64,000 bases of DNA from Octopus sinensis (taxonomy: Eukaryota), in assembly GCF_006345805.1 (NCBI RefSeq), contig NC_043001.1, positions 29,016,001 to 29,080,000 on the forward strand, given 5' to 3'. This document shows, in pieces, positions 1 through 13,339 of this stretch; within the stretch, counting starts at the first letter, position 1; every line of letters begins with the position of its first letter. Position numbers and translations under genes: made by a program. A model generated the notes under the pieces. That model was not told the DNA's origin and did not search any database. It saw only the letters and a list, made by a program, of their open reading frames with translations.

Positions 1-321
1 CGAGGTGTCAGTTAGTTTTAGCAAAATTATTGTTTAGAAAACAACAGAATGGAAAATATATTAGATAGTAACTTAGAAGAGGTACATAGAAGTGGAATGG
101 CAAATGACTTGTTAGCAGAAAGAATGGCACTCAACCATTTCTTTGATGTAAAACACAAAGGTTGTATTGTCTGAATTTGGGTGTGTGCCTTGAAACATGA
201 ATGTTCAAAAGTTGTTGGTTGGGCCCAGGTTGTAGAGGCACAGCATAAAAACAAATCTAGGATTTACTCTGTGACAACCCCAGTGGCTATGTACACTCCA
301 CTTCCAAACAGATGAGCACGG

Positions 322-357
<36 letters not shown>

Positions 358-361
358 CATT

Positions 362-848
362 ATTGAGTGAGAGAGCAGTGCATGCCATCGAAGTTTCACT
401 GGGGTAAAATATACGAAGCCCAGTATACTCATCATGTCTACCCGTCTGATAAGGGTACACCAGGCACATGCATCACAACCATATGTGCACGACATGGTGA
501 TCTCATATCAAGGTAAACAGCGCATTACCATGCAGGTGGGGCCCAGTTAGAATTTTCTTTTGGTCGAGTAACCCACCCCTCTCAAAAGGTCCCTGAATAA
601 GGGTTGTTTAAGGATGTTGAACGAAACACCCATGTTTCCAGAGGTGAATTATTCAAACCCAAAAGAATCCCTCTCAACACATTGCTATGATGCTCCCCCA
701 CTACTTCTGCCCATAATCAGAAAGGCAAATATTGTTAGCCACTAAGGGACATGCTCAACTGGTTACGGTCAAACAACTGACAAGCAAATCTGTGGTATTG
801 AGCAGACTATTTGCTGTAGCCCATCTTTTATACCAAGACAAAACAATG
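362..848. mobile_element. ~490-bp non-coding interspersed repeat next to (TAT)n; reverse-complement copy at ~54255-54785
   Basis: GAGTGAGAGAGCAGTGCATGCCATC... is found again in inverted orientation at 54255-54785; both copies adjoin TAA/TTA microsatellites. Confidence 0.6.
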
Positions 849-1089
849 AGAAGATGAGCTGGCAGAATCATTAGCATGCTGGACAGAATGCTTAGTGGTA
901 TATTGCACATGTCTCTCTGTTCTAAGTTCAAATTCTGCCAAGGTTGACTTTATCTTTCATCCTTTTAAGGTCGATAAAATAAGTATCAATTGGACACTGG
1001 GGTTAATGTAACTGACTCGTCCTCTCCCCCAAAATTGCTACCCTTGTGTAAAAATTTGAAACCATTATTATTATTATCATTATTATAAT

Positions 1090-1750
1090 TGCCTTTGCAC
1101 AGCTTCTAATGCTGGAGATGTACTACAGTGTCAGCTGTTCACTATCAGTGAACTAAGGTAACACCTCTTATTTTTTGAGCACCTTCTGGAGTATCCGAGC
1201 AGTTCCAAGCAGTGCTGTTTTCTGCAAGTGCTCCACCCTTATTGCAGCCCCTATTTGTTCCACGTACTTCTTGAGATTTTCGCTCACTGTTCACAGGGCT
1301 CTGACAATTATTAGTACTACTGCTACCTTTCCCATCGACCACAACTGCTTAACTTCCCAAGCTAACCCATCATATCTCTCGACTTTTTTTTCTTCCTTCT
1401 CACATATCTTGTTATCAGCTGGGCTATTATTCTATCTATCTGTCCGCTCAGTCGAAGTCTACTCTCCATTACTCAATAGATCAGTGTTCTCCAGCCAGTT
1501 CTATCCTTTCAGATTGGTTATGGCCATTCCTGTGTCACTTGTGATGGTGTCAAGCCAGCGGGTTCTTAGTTGGCCTCTTTCTCTCTTGCCACTGACCATT
1601 CCGAGCATGATGTCCTTCTCCAGGGATTTTCTCCACATAATATGACCAAAATATGCCAATCTATGCTTGGTGATCCTAGCTTCTAGTGACAGTTTCGGCT
1701 TCGTCTGGTTAAGAACTTCTCCATTGGCGAGCCCCAATGTCCATGGAATC
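1090..1750 (-). mobile_element. Two adjacent non-LTR retrotransposon 3' fragments (RLE-type C-terminus ~1090-1430; RTE-type C-terminus ~1440-1750)
   Basis: Minus strand encodes LQKTALLGTARI-like RLE-LINE end and LAYFGHIMWRKSLEKDIMLGMVSGKRERGQLRTRWLD, typical of RTE ORF ends. Confidence 0.7.
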
Positions 1751-1751
1751 C

Positions 1752-1811
<60 letters not shown>

Positions 1812-1869
1812 CATTATTATTATTATTATCATTATCATTCTTCTTCTTCTTCTTCTTATTATTATTATT

Positions 1870-2472
1870 ATTCAGTAGTTTTATTTTTATAGAGTGCTTT
1901 CACTTCACTACCGAATGCAGCTCTGTGTGCCTTGGGTATGTGCTGTGATTTGTTGTGATGCTCTGATGGTTATTGTATGGAAAGTGTTCTGCGTAGGATG
2001 TGTGCAGTGCCTAGTAGTGCAATTTTCTGTATGTTATATGTGTTTGTAAGTCCTGGTATTTTTGTTATGTATTTGTCTGAATATTTTTTTATCATGCCTA
2101 AAGCACCTACTATGATAGGGATTGTTTCTGTTTTTAGATTCCACATTCTGGTTACCTCTATTTCCAGGTCTTTGTATTTTGAAAGTTTCTCCATTTCTTT
2201 TAGAGACACGTTGTCATCTGCCGGTATTGATACATCAATTAGAAAGCATTTTTTTTCTTCATAATCTCTGACAACTATATCTGGTCTGTTGGCCTTAATT
2301 TCTCTATCTGAGTGTATCGGCATATCCCAGAGTATGGTTGCTTTCTCATTTTCTGTGACCTTTTCTGGTGTGTGCCTATACCATCTTTTTTCTGTTGTTA
2401 TTCCATAATGTTGGCATAGCTTCCAGTGTATGTAGGTTCCAACTCTGTCATGTCTGTGAATATATTCCTTCC

Positions 2473-2475
<3 letters not shown>
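1870..2475 (-). mobile_element. 5'-truncated R4/Dong-like LINE (restriction-like endonuclease domain) inserted in (TAA)n
   Basis: ORF 1970-2323: NRPDIVV...LIDVSIP...EKLSKYKDL...PIIVGALG...QKIALLGTAHILRRTL; flanked on both sides by (TTA)n; second copy at 54865-55145. Confidence 0.85.
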
Positions 2476-2549
<74 letters not shown>

Positions 2550-2624
2550 TAACCATTCTTTAAATCAATTAATTCATCAATTATTTGATTTAACCATTCA
2601 GTCAATCAATCAATCAGTCAGTTC

Positions 2625-3035
2625 TTTACTCTTTTACTCTTTTACTTGTTTCAGTCATTTGACTGCAGCCATGCTGGAGCACCGCCTTTAATCGAGCACA
2701 TTGACCCCAGGACTTATTCTTTGTAAGCCCAGTACTTATTCTATCGGTCTCTTTTGCCAAACCGCTAAGTGACGGGGACATAAACACACCAGCATCGGTT
2801 GTCAAGCGATGTTGGATGGGACAAACACAGACACACAAACATACACGCACACACATATATATAAATACATATATACGACGGGCTTCTTTCAGTTTCCATC
2901 TACCAAATAAACTCACAAAGCTTTGGTCGGCCCGAGGCTACAGTAGAAGACACTTGCCCAAGGTGCCACGCAGGGGGACTGAACCCGGAACCGTGTGGTT
3001 GGTAAACAAGCTACTTACCACACAACCACTCCGAC
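2625..3035 (-). mobile_element. tRNA-derived SINE family A (CORE-like ACCTTGGGCAAGT); other copies ~7662-8095, 15227-15650, 26465-27015, 27102-27525, 29755-30165, 32240-32610, 42452-42865, 46790-47180
   Basis: Recurrent ~400-bp unit with head GGAGTGGCTGTGTGGTAAG...GGTTCAGTCCC, internal (CA)/(TA) tract and AAAGAGT tail. Confidence 0.85.
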
Positions 3036-3114
3036 CTAATCAATGTTAATAGAAGATTTATATTAAAATTGCTGCTAATTCTCTTTGTATTCATTTTTTG
3101 TCTATTTATTGTAG

Positions 3115-3280
3115 GAAAGTTGGGCTCAGTCTTTGCAGTCATTTGTATCAACCTGCCAGAAAATGGATATTGAAAACAACAACAACTTCAAATTTTGTTA
3201 TGATATCATACCCCTCGTGCTTAAAGCTCAAGACAGGACACAGTTTAGAAGCAATGATGCATTCAATCGAATAAAGCGAG
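3115..3280 (+). CDS. Exon 1 (first in window) of stereocilin/otoancorin-like gene, phase 0-1
   Basis: ttgtag|GAA...CGAG|gtaaat; 166 nt; ESWAQSLQSFVSTCQKMDIENNNNFKFCYDIIPLVLKAQDRTQFRSNDAFNRIKR; phase matches exon 2. Confidence 0.75.
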
Positions 3281-3302
3281 GTAAATAAGATTTTGTTGAT
3301 TT

Positions 3303-3925
3303 AAGGCCGCGAGCTGGCAGAAACGTTAGTACACCGGGCAAAATGCTTAGCGGTATTTCGTCTGCTGTTACGTTCTGAGTTCAAATTCTGCTGAGATCAA
3401 CTTTGCCTTTCATCCTTTCGGGGTCGATTAAATAAGTACCAGTTATGCATTGGGGTCAGTATAATCAACTTAAGCCATTTGTCTGTCCTTGTTTGTCCCC
3501 TCTGTGTGTAGCCCCTTGTGGGCGGTAAAGAAACAAGAAACATTAGCATGCTGGACGAAATGCTTAGCGGTATTTTGTCTGCCGTTACGTTCTGAGTTCA
3601 AATTCCGCTGAGGTCAACTTTGCCTTTCAGCCTTTCAGGGTCGATTAAATAAGTACCAGTTACGCACTGGGGTCGATATAATCGACTTAATCCCTTTGTT
3701 TGTCCCCTCTATGTTAAGCCCTTGTGGGTAGTAAAGAAATAGGTATTTCGTCTGCCATTATGTTCTGAGTTCAAATTCCGCTGAGGTCAACTTTGCCTTT
3801 CATCCTTTCGGGGTCGATTAAATAAGTACCAGTTACGCACTGGGGTCGATGTAATCGACTTAATCCCTTTGTCTGTCCTTGTTTGTCCCCTCTATGTTTA
3901 GCCCCTTGTGGGCAATAAAGAAATA
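3303..3925 (+). mobile_element. Tandem trimer of tRNA-derived SINE family B (Deu/Nin-like GCCTTTCATCCTTTCGGGGTCGAT domain); other copies ~10608-10833, 16510-16682, 17590-17820, 20950-21108, 28216-28422, 36923-37155, 47672-48064 (dimer), 60678-60902
   Basis: Three head-to-tail units with B-box GAGTTCAAATTC; flanked by near-identical AAGATTT(T/A)GTTGATTT target-site duplication. Confidence 0.85.
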
Positions 3926-5216
3926 AGATTTAGTTGATTTGTAGTAATACTCTATCATGTAATTCGAATGTCCTCTGGAACCCATGTTTTAATTGAAGAT
4001 GGTTTTTGAATATCTTTTGAAGGAGAAAAGTTTCTTAAATCTTTTATTAAGGACTATGAAATTACACAGAAATATATGTACCTTTAGTTTGTATACATTA
4101 AGCCAGGACAAAAAAACGAAATACAATAAATTGGTTTGATTCAATAAATATGTTAGACTGGCCAATTAAATTACTGTAATCTAGATAAGGTGCAGGTAAG
4201 AAGTTTATTTCCCAAACACGCGGTTTTAGGTTCCGTTCTACTGTGTGGCACCTTGGGCAAGTGTCTTCTATTACAGCCTGAAAATCACCTGTGTAAATTA
4301 CTCAGGTGCACAAATTACATGGGTTTTTATGGTAAATTTGAGAGACACAAACTGAGAAAAGCTCCTTTTATCATCATCATCATCATCATCCATTTTCCAT
4401 GCTGGGATGGGATGGACAGTTTGGCAGGAGCTGGCAAGCCAGCCATAGAGCGGCACCAAGCCCTGCCTATCTATTTTGGAATGGTTTCTATGGTTGGATG
4501 CCCTGCTAACATCAACCATTTTATAGGGTGTACTGGATGCTTTTTGGGTAGCACCAGTAAAGGTGCTTTTTACCTGACACCAGTACAGGTGCTCTGTAAA
4601 TTCTCAGCAAATTCTGTGCAGCCCATGCGAGCATGGAAAAGTGGACATTAAAATAAGGATAATGATGAAGATGATGACTTTGATGATGATGATGGTGATG
4701 ATAGATAATTTATCAATACTAATGACTTGTAGGTACATGGTATTTTATTATGCAATCATAATATCCTATAAATTATATTAAATGTTTTTATAAGTCAATA
4801 CTGTGTCCTTCTGTGTTAGCAGTGCACTTTTACATTACTTGTTACGGCTATCTCTACAGGTATTCAATAGAAATTATAGCCAGCACTCATTTTTGTTACA
4901 CCATTTCGATGTAGACAAACAATGAGATCAAAGATGAGAAAATGGCAATAGGTATATATGCCACATTTTTTTTATTATTTTGGTGGTGGTGGTGGTGGTG
5001 GTGGTGGTGGGAGGGAGTTGCCCTTCATCAGCACCCATCTAACCCGTTAATCATCTTCAAAAACATTGCTTAAATAGCCACTGCATACAGCGGTGTTTGG
5101 TTATTGGATATTATCAATTTTATGTATCAAACACATACCTGAAAGCTAGTATGTAAATACTAATGACTTGTAGATATCATAGTTGAAACAATGACAGTGA
5201 TGATGGTAATGATGCT

Positions 5217-5272
<56 letters not shown>

Positions 5273-5429
5273 CGACAATGACGATGATGATGATGATGAT
5301 GACAACAATGAAAAGGAGGTGCCTTGCAATGAGATCACACCAGTAACAACATGCTTGAAAAACAGGTTTCATAACCACATATCTATACTTGCACTCGTAT
5401 TCTACTCTTGTTGCTACAATAGGAAACTA

Positions 5430-5745
5430 TGTTCATCCATTGTTTGTTCCTTCTCGAGCCACGCCTGGCTCATAAGGGCCGGTTTCCTGGATTCCTTGGT
5501 GTATAGATTCCCCACCTGGACAGGACTCCGGTCCGTCGCAGGTGAGTTGCAAGATGCAGGAGGAAAGTGTGAGAGAAAGTTGTAGCGAGGGAGTCAGCAG
5601 AAGTTCGCCATTACCTTCTGCTGGAGCCACGTAGAGCTTAGGTGTTTCGCTCATAAACACACACATTGCTTGGTCTGAGATTCGAACCCACAATCTCTCA
5701 ACCGCAAGTCCGCTGCTCTAACCACTAGGCCATGTGCCTCCACAT
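5430..5745 (-). mobile_element. tRNA-derived SINE family D; related copy at 19103-19372 (+)
   Basis: Minus-strand head GGCCTAGTGGTTAGAGC...GGTTCGAATC (A and B boxes); the 19.1-kb copy is flanked by ATTCTAATGACCT direct repeats. Confidence 0.75.
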
Positions 5746-6031
5746 GTCCATCCATGCTAATGAATTATTGGTCAGATGAATATAATATGAGAGCTAAATA
5801 TATTCACCAAAGAAACATTGTAATACCAGTGATGTAATAAGGACCATTTACTCATAAACCAATGGGTCATGAAAATTTCATTGTCTATGACTGTTATACA
5901 AGTCTTACAATTGGTAAATTCATTGAAGGATTCCATAACAATATTTTATGTTCTGTATGTTTCTTTTTGATTCATTTTGATTTCTAAAAAATTTAAAGAA
6001 ATAATTATGATTTTTATTTTGCATATATCAG

Positions 6032-6225
6032 ACATTCATACTCAGAAACCAGCTCCGTTAACCTGTAGAAATATAACTGAAATGACATCACTTGTTAAAA
6101 CCCTTACAGTTGAACAAATTATGTCTATATCCAAAGAAGAATTTGTAAAATGCATACAGGTGTTTGGATCGGTTACTAATTATACATCTGAACAACATCG
6201 GAGTTTGATGGCTCTTGTAAACATG
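6032..6225 (+). CDS. Exon 2, phase 1-0
   Basis: tatcag|AC...ATG|gtaagc; 194 nt; DIHTQKPAPLTCRNITEMTSLVKTLTVEQIMSISKEEFVKCIQVFGSVTNYTSEQHRSLMALVNM resembles the stereocilin/otoancorin segment PxCxxI...QIxxM...FxxCLxLF. Confidence 0.9.
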
Positions 6226-6681
6226 GTAAGCTTTGAGATTCTTCTGGATTGAAATTTGTCTCTTAATAAAATTCATTAGGCTGAGAAAAAAAAAAAAACA
6301 GGAAGATGGTTAGTTTTTAATATTGCTGTTCTTGTTTCACCCCAGTCCCTGCTAAGTCTTGAATGAGGGCACCTACCATCAATGACAGCCAAGCAATTAA
6401 AATCCTGTCTTTTTTCTAGCTTAATGCATCTTGGACTAATTTTTACCATATGTCAATGTCTAAAATAATAAGGTGTGATCAGAAAGACATTTTGTTGCTA
6501 TTTCTAGCAGGTTGAGTGATCATATAGAGGCTTCCGTCATTCACTTATGATTATTTGATGTAGTTGGCACCTGTTACAGTTTAATATTTCCGCATCAACC
6601 TCACATGACTTCCTATTAAATTTCTGACTTGACTTATATTCTACCAATAAATTCTTATCTATTTATTGCTGGTACTTATAG

Positions 6682-6837
6682 ACATTTGGTCCTGCAAAGA
6701 ACTGGTCGGCAGAAAACATAACAGAACTTGGTACACTCCTTGCAGTATTACCTTTAAATCAGATTAAATCTATGAATTTTTCTGATGTAAACATAATTGA
6801 AAACTTAGGAAAGTTTCCTGGCTTCAAGCAACAACAA
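6682..6837 (+). CDS. Exon 3, phase 0-0
   Basis: ttatag|ACA...CAA|gtaagt; 156 nt; TFGPAKNWSAENITELGTLLAVLPLNQIKSMNFSDVNIIENLGKFPGFKQQQ (GPxxxW...LG motif of stereocilin/otoancorin/mesothelin repeats). Confidence 0.9.
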
Positions 6838-7250
6838 GTAAGTTCCTCTTCAGTTGTTTTCATTTGATATATTTTATCTTTTTTATTTTATTCCTGCCAA
6901 CATGATAAGGCCATAGCAAGTGTGGTAAAGAATTTTTATTTACATTTAATACCTCCTTTGTGTAAAGTTTTGGGCTGGAAACTAAAGGCACTAGAGTTTG
7001 CAAGTTGCCATTAATTCTGCTTTTCCATGGTAAGGAGTAGATATGGTTGTGTATTTAAGAGTTCTGTTTCCTAACCACAAGATTTCAGTTTCAATCCCAA
7101 TGAATGGCACCCTGGGCAAGTGTCTGCTATTATGACCTCAAGCTGGCCAAAGCCTTGTGAATGGATTTAGTAGATGGAAACTGAAGGAAGCCCATCTTTG
7201 TATGTAAGTAAGTGTGCTTGTGTGAGTGTGTGTATGTGCATACACATATC

Positions 7251-7445
7251 TATTGGGTTAGTGCATAATTATTGCGTTTTTTTTCTCAACAAATTTTATT
7301 CAACAAAAACAATAACAATATTTAACAAAAACATCTTTAAATGACGGTCTGACCATCTGCCAAGCAAATGGGAAGCAGTAATTGAAGTAGATGGTGAATA
7401 TGCTCCGGAATAATCAAGCCGCAATAATTATGCACCAACCCAATA
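7251..7445 (+). mobile_element. Mariner-derived MITE
   Basis: TIRs TATTGGGTTAGTGCATAATTATTGCG / CGCAATAATTATGCACCAACCCAATA; carries the transposase tail LPSKWEAVIEVDGEY. Confidence 0.85.
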
Positions 7446-7448
7446 TGT

Positions 7449-7647
7449 ACACAGACATCTCAAAAGTAAATAGACGCCCCCCCATACTGTTTTATCTGTG
7501 CAGATACTAATTTGTACAATGACCAAGGTTAAATCATGAAAAACTCCACAAGGCATGTCTGCTAATTAATAGACTGGGTATTTGAATACATTAAATACTG
7601 TGTTTCTAAAAGTAATTATTTTCTGTTTATTTTTGAGATGTCTGTGT
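7449..7647. mobile_element. Second TIR MITE (Tc1-like) abutting the mariner MITE
   Basis: ACACAGACATCTCAAAAGTAAA ... TTTATTTTTGAGATGTCTGTGT inverted termini. Confidence 0.6.
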
Positions 7648-7872
7648 TTGGGTATTCTTTCATTCTTTTACTTGTTTCACTCATTTGACCGTGGCCATGC
7701 TGGAGCACCACCTTTAGTTGAACTAATCGACTCCAGGACTTATTCTTTGTAAGCCTAGAACTTATTCTATCAGTCTCTTTTGCTGAACCGCTAAGTTACA
7801 GGGATGTAAACACACCAGCATCGGTTGTCAAGCGACGATTGGGGGGACAAACACTGATATACAAACACATAC

Positions 7873-7919
<47 letters not shown>

Positions 7920-8214
7920 TCACATATACATACAACAGGCTTCTTTCAGTTTCTGTCTACTAAATCCACTCACAAGGCTTTGGTTAGCCCAAGGTTATAG
8001 TAGAAGACACTTGCCCAAGGTACCATGCAGTGGAACTGAACCCGGAACCATGTGGTTGGTAAGCAAACTACTTACCACACAGCCATCTCCCGCACCTATA
8101 TACATATGTGTGTCTACATGTATGTATATGTGTGTATATATATATATAATATATATATATATATAATATATATATATTATATATATATATATACATACAT
8201 ACATACATACATAA

Positions 8215-8254
<40 letters not shown>

Positions 8255-8623
8255 GTACTTGTGTGTGATCACCTCCTCCAATTCCCCTTCCTCTCTCAAA
8301 ATTCCTTGTCTTGCAAGTTATTTGGTGACCCTGCCAGTGCTGGTGCCACATGAAAAGCATCCAGTCTCCACTGTGAAGTCGTTAGGTATTTGGAGGGATA
8401 TCTAGCTGTAAACACCATGCCAAAACTCACCTTGTCTGTGCTGGTGCCATGCAAAATGCACTTGGTCCACTCTGCAGGGTCGTTGGTGTTAGAAAGGACA
8501 TCCAGCCATAAAACCATGCCAAATCAGATACAGAAGTCTTGTGTAGTCTTTTGCCTGACCAGATCCTGTCAAACCATATAACCCATGCCACCCTGGAAGA
8601 TGGATGTTAAGCAATGATGGGGA

Positions 8624-8664
<41 letters not shown>

Positions 8665-10846
8665 CTACACACATGAGTGTGTGTGTGTTTGTGTGTCTCC
8701 TTGTCTTCACATTGTTTGATTAGTCACTCCTTGCCAGCACTCTGCAAAAACAAGTCTGGCTATAAGGAAATATTACTTTTCTTGGAGACAAGTAAAGGTT
8801 GGTGACAGGAAGGGCATCTAGCCATAGAAAAGTCACCCTCAGTAAAATTCCATCTCACCCATGCAAGCATGGAAATAGGAATATCAAAAGAATGATGATG
8901 ATGATGATGATGATGGTGAATCCATTTAAATTTCAAAACAGTCAGTCTACCGCACTACAAAACATGCTTTGTTTCAGTTTTACAACTGAACATTTCTAAA
9001 AATTTCTAAAAATAAAGTATTTAATTCCATGATCAGAGATCACCAGTTGATGTGCAATTCAAGGTGTTTTGTATCTCTGAGCAAGACACATAATTCCAGT
9101 ATCAATTTTTATCTAGATTATAGGAGAGACATCTAGTCTCAACTGAAAATTACATTATATGGCATAAAAAGGCTATCCATAGAAAGATTTGTCCCTCACA
9201 AAGATTTGAAACTCCAGTGAAGCACTACTTGTACCAAACCATGCATTTACTTCATCAATGGCTGCCATATGACATACTATTGCCACCACATTGTCCTACT
9301 CAACTCAAGATCATAATCTACAGAAATGTCATAAAGTATATTATTGATCTTTCGATCAAGTATATTTCTAGTATAATTATCTTCTATTCTCTCTTTTGTG
9401 TGTGTGTGTGTGTGTTTGTAATTTTTTCTGTTGATATTATTCATTTTATTCATTGATATAATGACTGCATTTTATAGTGTCTGCTTCGTCACCATCCTCC
9501 ACCCAATATCACCAACATCTGTCTTCAGAATTTAATCTATACAAATAATATATACAAATAATAGAGGTAATTTATTTTCATTTAGATGAGCTTGACACAC
9601 CCTCTGGGTCAGCTTGACTAGACTTTAGCTTATATATATAAATTGCCCTCTCCCTTAAGTTATGATTGTGTTTCTTCATATAAGAAAAAATGAGGGGAAA
9701 TTTTTGAACTCCATGACAGAGAAAAAAATACATTTTGTTTTGTCATTCATGTTTCCTTTTTTCTGAATAGAAAATATTATGATCAATATTTCTATTATTT
9801 TCTCTGTAAGATTTATATACTATTTTGATGGCTTTTTATTTTGTAATAGAAATCTCCAATCGACCTTTGAATGATGTCCTACATTTAAAGATAGCTCAAG
9901 GTTGAAAGAAATCAAATACAATCTCTTGACTAAAGAAAGCAAATCCTATACATCCTTATTGTTTATTAATTGTTGCCTTGAAAGAATTGTTCTTTATTCA
10001 CCCACTACACTCTCAGAGTGGTTGGCATTAGGAAGGGCATCCAACCATAGAAAACCATGCCAAATTAGACTGGAGTCTGGTGCAGCCTTCCAATGTGCCA
10101 ATCCAGCCAAACTGTCCAATTATGCCAGCATGGACAATGGACGTTAAATGATGATGATGATATAAGATCCATGTCAGTATAGAAGGCGGACATTAAACGA
10201 TGATGATTATGATGATATATTTATATATACCCTAACCACTTAGCCACATGTTGTCATATATATATATATATATAGGAAAGCATGTGGCTAAGTGGTTAGG
10301 ATATTTAGCTCAAGATTGAAAGGCTTTGAGTTTGATACCCGGAAGCATGTTGCAACCTGGAGCAAGACGCTTTATTTTTCCACACAGCTGGAAAAAATGA
10401 ATAGTGCTTGTATTCCAAAAGGCTAGTCATATCACATTCTGTGTCATGTTGAATCTCCCTGAGAACTACATTAAAGGCACGTATGTCTGTGGAGTGCTCA
10501 ACCACTTGCATATTAATTTCATGAACAGGTTGTTCTGTTGACTGGATCAACTACCACCCTTGTTGTAACTGATGGAGTGCCGGTTTATACATATACTTCA
10601 TTTTATTTTTTCTTTATTGCCCACAGGGGGCTAAACACAGAGGGGACAAACAAGGACAGATAAACGGATTAAGTTGATTATATCGACCCCAGTGTGTAAC
10701 TGGTACTTAATTTATCGACCCCGAAAGGATGAAAGGCAAAGTCGACCTCGGCGGAATTTGAACTCAGAACGTAACGGCAGACGAAATACCGCTAAGCATT
10801 TCGCCCGGCATGCTAACGTTTCTGCCAGCTCGCTGGTTTATACATA

Positions 10847-12139
10847 TATTGGGTCATCACATAAATAATGCGGTCTTTTATACTTCTTTTATTTTTCAAA
10901 ATTAAGATAATTGAAGTTGTTTTTTAATCCAAAATATACTCTCCTTCATTTCCTACAATGCTCTTCCATCTCTCTGGTAGACTTGCAAGGCCCCTCTTCC
11001 AAATTTTCTTATCTGTGACAAAAAATATTTCTTCAGTACTGTTCTGACCTCATCTACAGAAATTCATTACATTTTTTCTGTCCAAATGATTTTGAAGACT
11101 GCAGAATAAATGATAATCAGATGGAGCAATGATCGGTGAATATGGTAGGTGGGACATCGTTTCTGATTCAAACTACTTCAGCCTTTGGAATGTCATCCTC
11201 GTTGTATGAGGCTGAGTACTATCCTGATGGAAGAATACTGTTCATCTTAAAAACAAAGGTGGTCGTTTTTCTTCTAGCGCTGGCTTAAACCGCTCAAACC
11301 GCTCACAGTAGATCTCCTTTATTATTGTTTGGTTTGGGTTTAAAAGTTCAAAGTGGGCTAAACCTTTCATATCCCATCAAATAGATAGCAACACCTTATG
11401 CAGGTGAAGACCTTCTTTAACCCGAGGTGCCAGTATTTCTCCGGTTCCTATCCACTGTCTTCAGCGCTTGACATTTTTATAGAGAACCTATTTCTCATCA
11501 CCAGTCACTATTCGGTCCAAAAAAGGTTAATTTGTGAGACATAACAGCAAAGAAGAGCACATATTCACTCTCTGCACACGATTAGACTCAGAAAATTTGT
11601 GAGGAACCCATTGACCCAATTTGCTGACTTTTCCAATGGCATGCAGGTGTCGATGAATGGTTGAGTAACCAAATCCAAGCTTTTCTGCTAGTTCCTCAAC
11701 AGTTATAATGGGATTTTGTTTCACCAGGGTTTGCAGGATGTCCTTGTCAAGCTCTGCAGATCTTCGAGAATGAGGCCCATCTTGTAGGCTGCAGTTTCCG
11801 GCTTGGAATTTCTGGAACTACTGTTGATACTGGTTTATGCTTATTATCCAATCCCCATGTACTGTATTAATATTTCTCGCACTTTCTGTTGCACTGTTGC
11901 CTTTAATGAACCCATAAAGCAAAATATTCCAGATATGCTCCTTTGTCACTTCCATCATAGCTTTAAAAAAATAACTATTAAAATCAAACTGCACTCTTCA
12001 AAACTTACACTAAGAATGAGTCAAGGTAAAATTACTACCTGCTTTTATAGCAAGTTGATGCAGGTAGTTTATCCCATCCCGCTCCAACTTTTAGTTCATT
12101 CAGTTGAAAAAACTGCAATATTTATGGGATGACCCAATA
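10847..12139 (-). mobile_element. Full-length (~1.29 kb) degraded mariner transposon
   Basis: TIRs TATTGGGTCATC(A/C)CATAAATA at both ends with TA flanks; transposase remnants with WVPH (ORF 11527-11724), VTGDEK and PYSP motifs, broken by stops and frameshifts. Confidence 0.9.
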
Positions 12140-12919
12140 TATATCGTCAGTAGTTCATACACCCCAAAAAGAGGCCCACTCTGAAGCATTAGAACAGTAA
12201 TATATTTTTTTGAGGAAGTTAGAAGTTATTGCCGGTCATAAAGTGACCATTTCCTTACTGCCCTCATCTAAAATGTTTCCTACTTCAGACTAGGAATTCC
12301 GTATTTGTTAGCTAGTCCCTCCACAGCTCCTTCCAATATCACCACAGCCAGAGCTGATGTAAGGGGGGATAAGCCCGTCCTACTCACAGTATCGTTAATT
12401 ATTTTTTGTTTACAAAACCAAGTGACCTGTTATGTATTTCTTCCTCCAGTTGTAGAGAGGTTATGAGCCTTCAGCAATTTGAGTCTGAGTTACCTGTACT
12501 GCTAAGCGCTTTATAGGTGTGAAATCAATGGTTACTCTATGACTGGCTTTAACTTTTAACTTCCTAAATATATACTATTCATCAACAACACCATTATCAT
12601 TTAACACCAACTTTCCACACTGGTATTGGTTGATCATAACTTCATGCTCCAAATCAATTTTTATATCTTTATTTGAATTTACTTCCCTCCCAGACAGGTT
12701 GAGGACTGTTTTCATCATACATTTAATCTTTTTAGCATGATTGCTACTGCTGCTGCTGCTACTGCTAGATGCCAATAATATAGCCAACCACTTTATAAAG
12801 TATACTGGGTACATTCTATAATGGCACTAACATTGGAGAGGTTGTCATATCCTCGATAAAACTAAAGAATCCTTTCTACCCTGTATTGTCTCCATTCTTT
12901 CATTCCTTTCTTTCTCATA

Positions 12920-13339
12920 TGTAGTAACGCTACTGTGTAAGTTTCAGCGCACATGCGCAGAATTGGATTACTTCCAGTTGGCCACCAGAAGTTTTCCTCA
13001 TGCGCATGTGCAGGAACTGGAACCTAAAAGCCTGACCGCTGAATCGGGCCTTTTCTGGCATGAGCAGTGCTTAGCGGTTGGACGTGGTTTGACATTCACT
13101 CGGGGAACCTCACCCCAATGAAGCAGGAGCGAACTGACGAATCATCTTGACTCGCACGAGAAAGCATTGCAACCAGTTCTGCGGATTCGGCTGCCGGCTT
13201 CCCTACTAGAGATACACGTGCACTAGTTCTTACCTGTAACCGCAGAATAAACCACCACTTACTGTTATCAACTTAAATTGTATGTGACAGGATCAGATTG
13301 GACACCCCTCCAGTGTTCCTGAACTCTCATCCTGTTACA
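12920..13339 (+). mobile_element. Solo LTR (Ty3/Gypsy-like by its 4-bp TSD)
   Basis: TGTA...TACA termini, CATA direct repeat at 12916-12919 and 13340-13343, GC-richer than flanks, AATAAA near 13246. Confidence 0.7.

Noticed and set aside
22-174. Short open frame QNYCLENNRMENILDSNLEEV... after ttttAG as a possible upstream exon
   Set aside because: The only phase-0 donor (gag|gtacat) is weak and there is no recognisable similarity; cannot be supported
5670-5745. tRNA-like sequence on the minus strand
   Set aside because: It is the head of a SINE with body and TSD, not a closed cloverleaf
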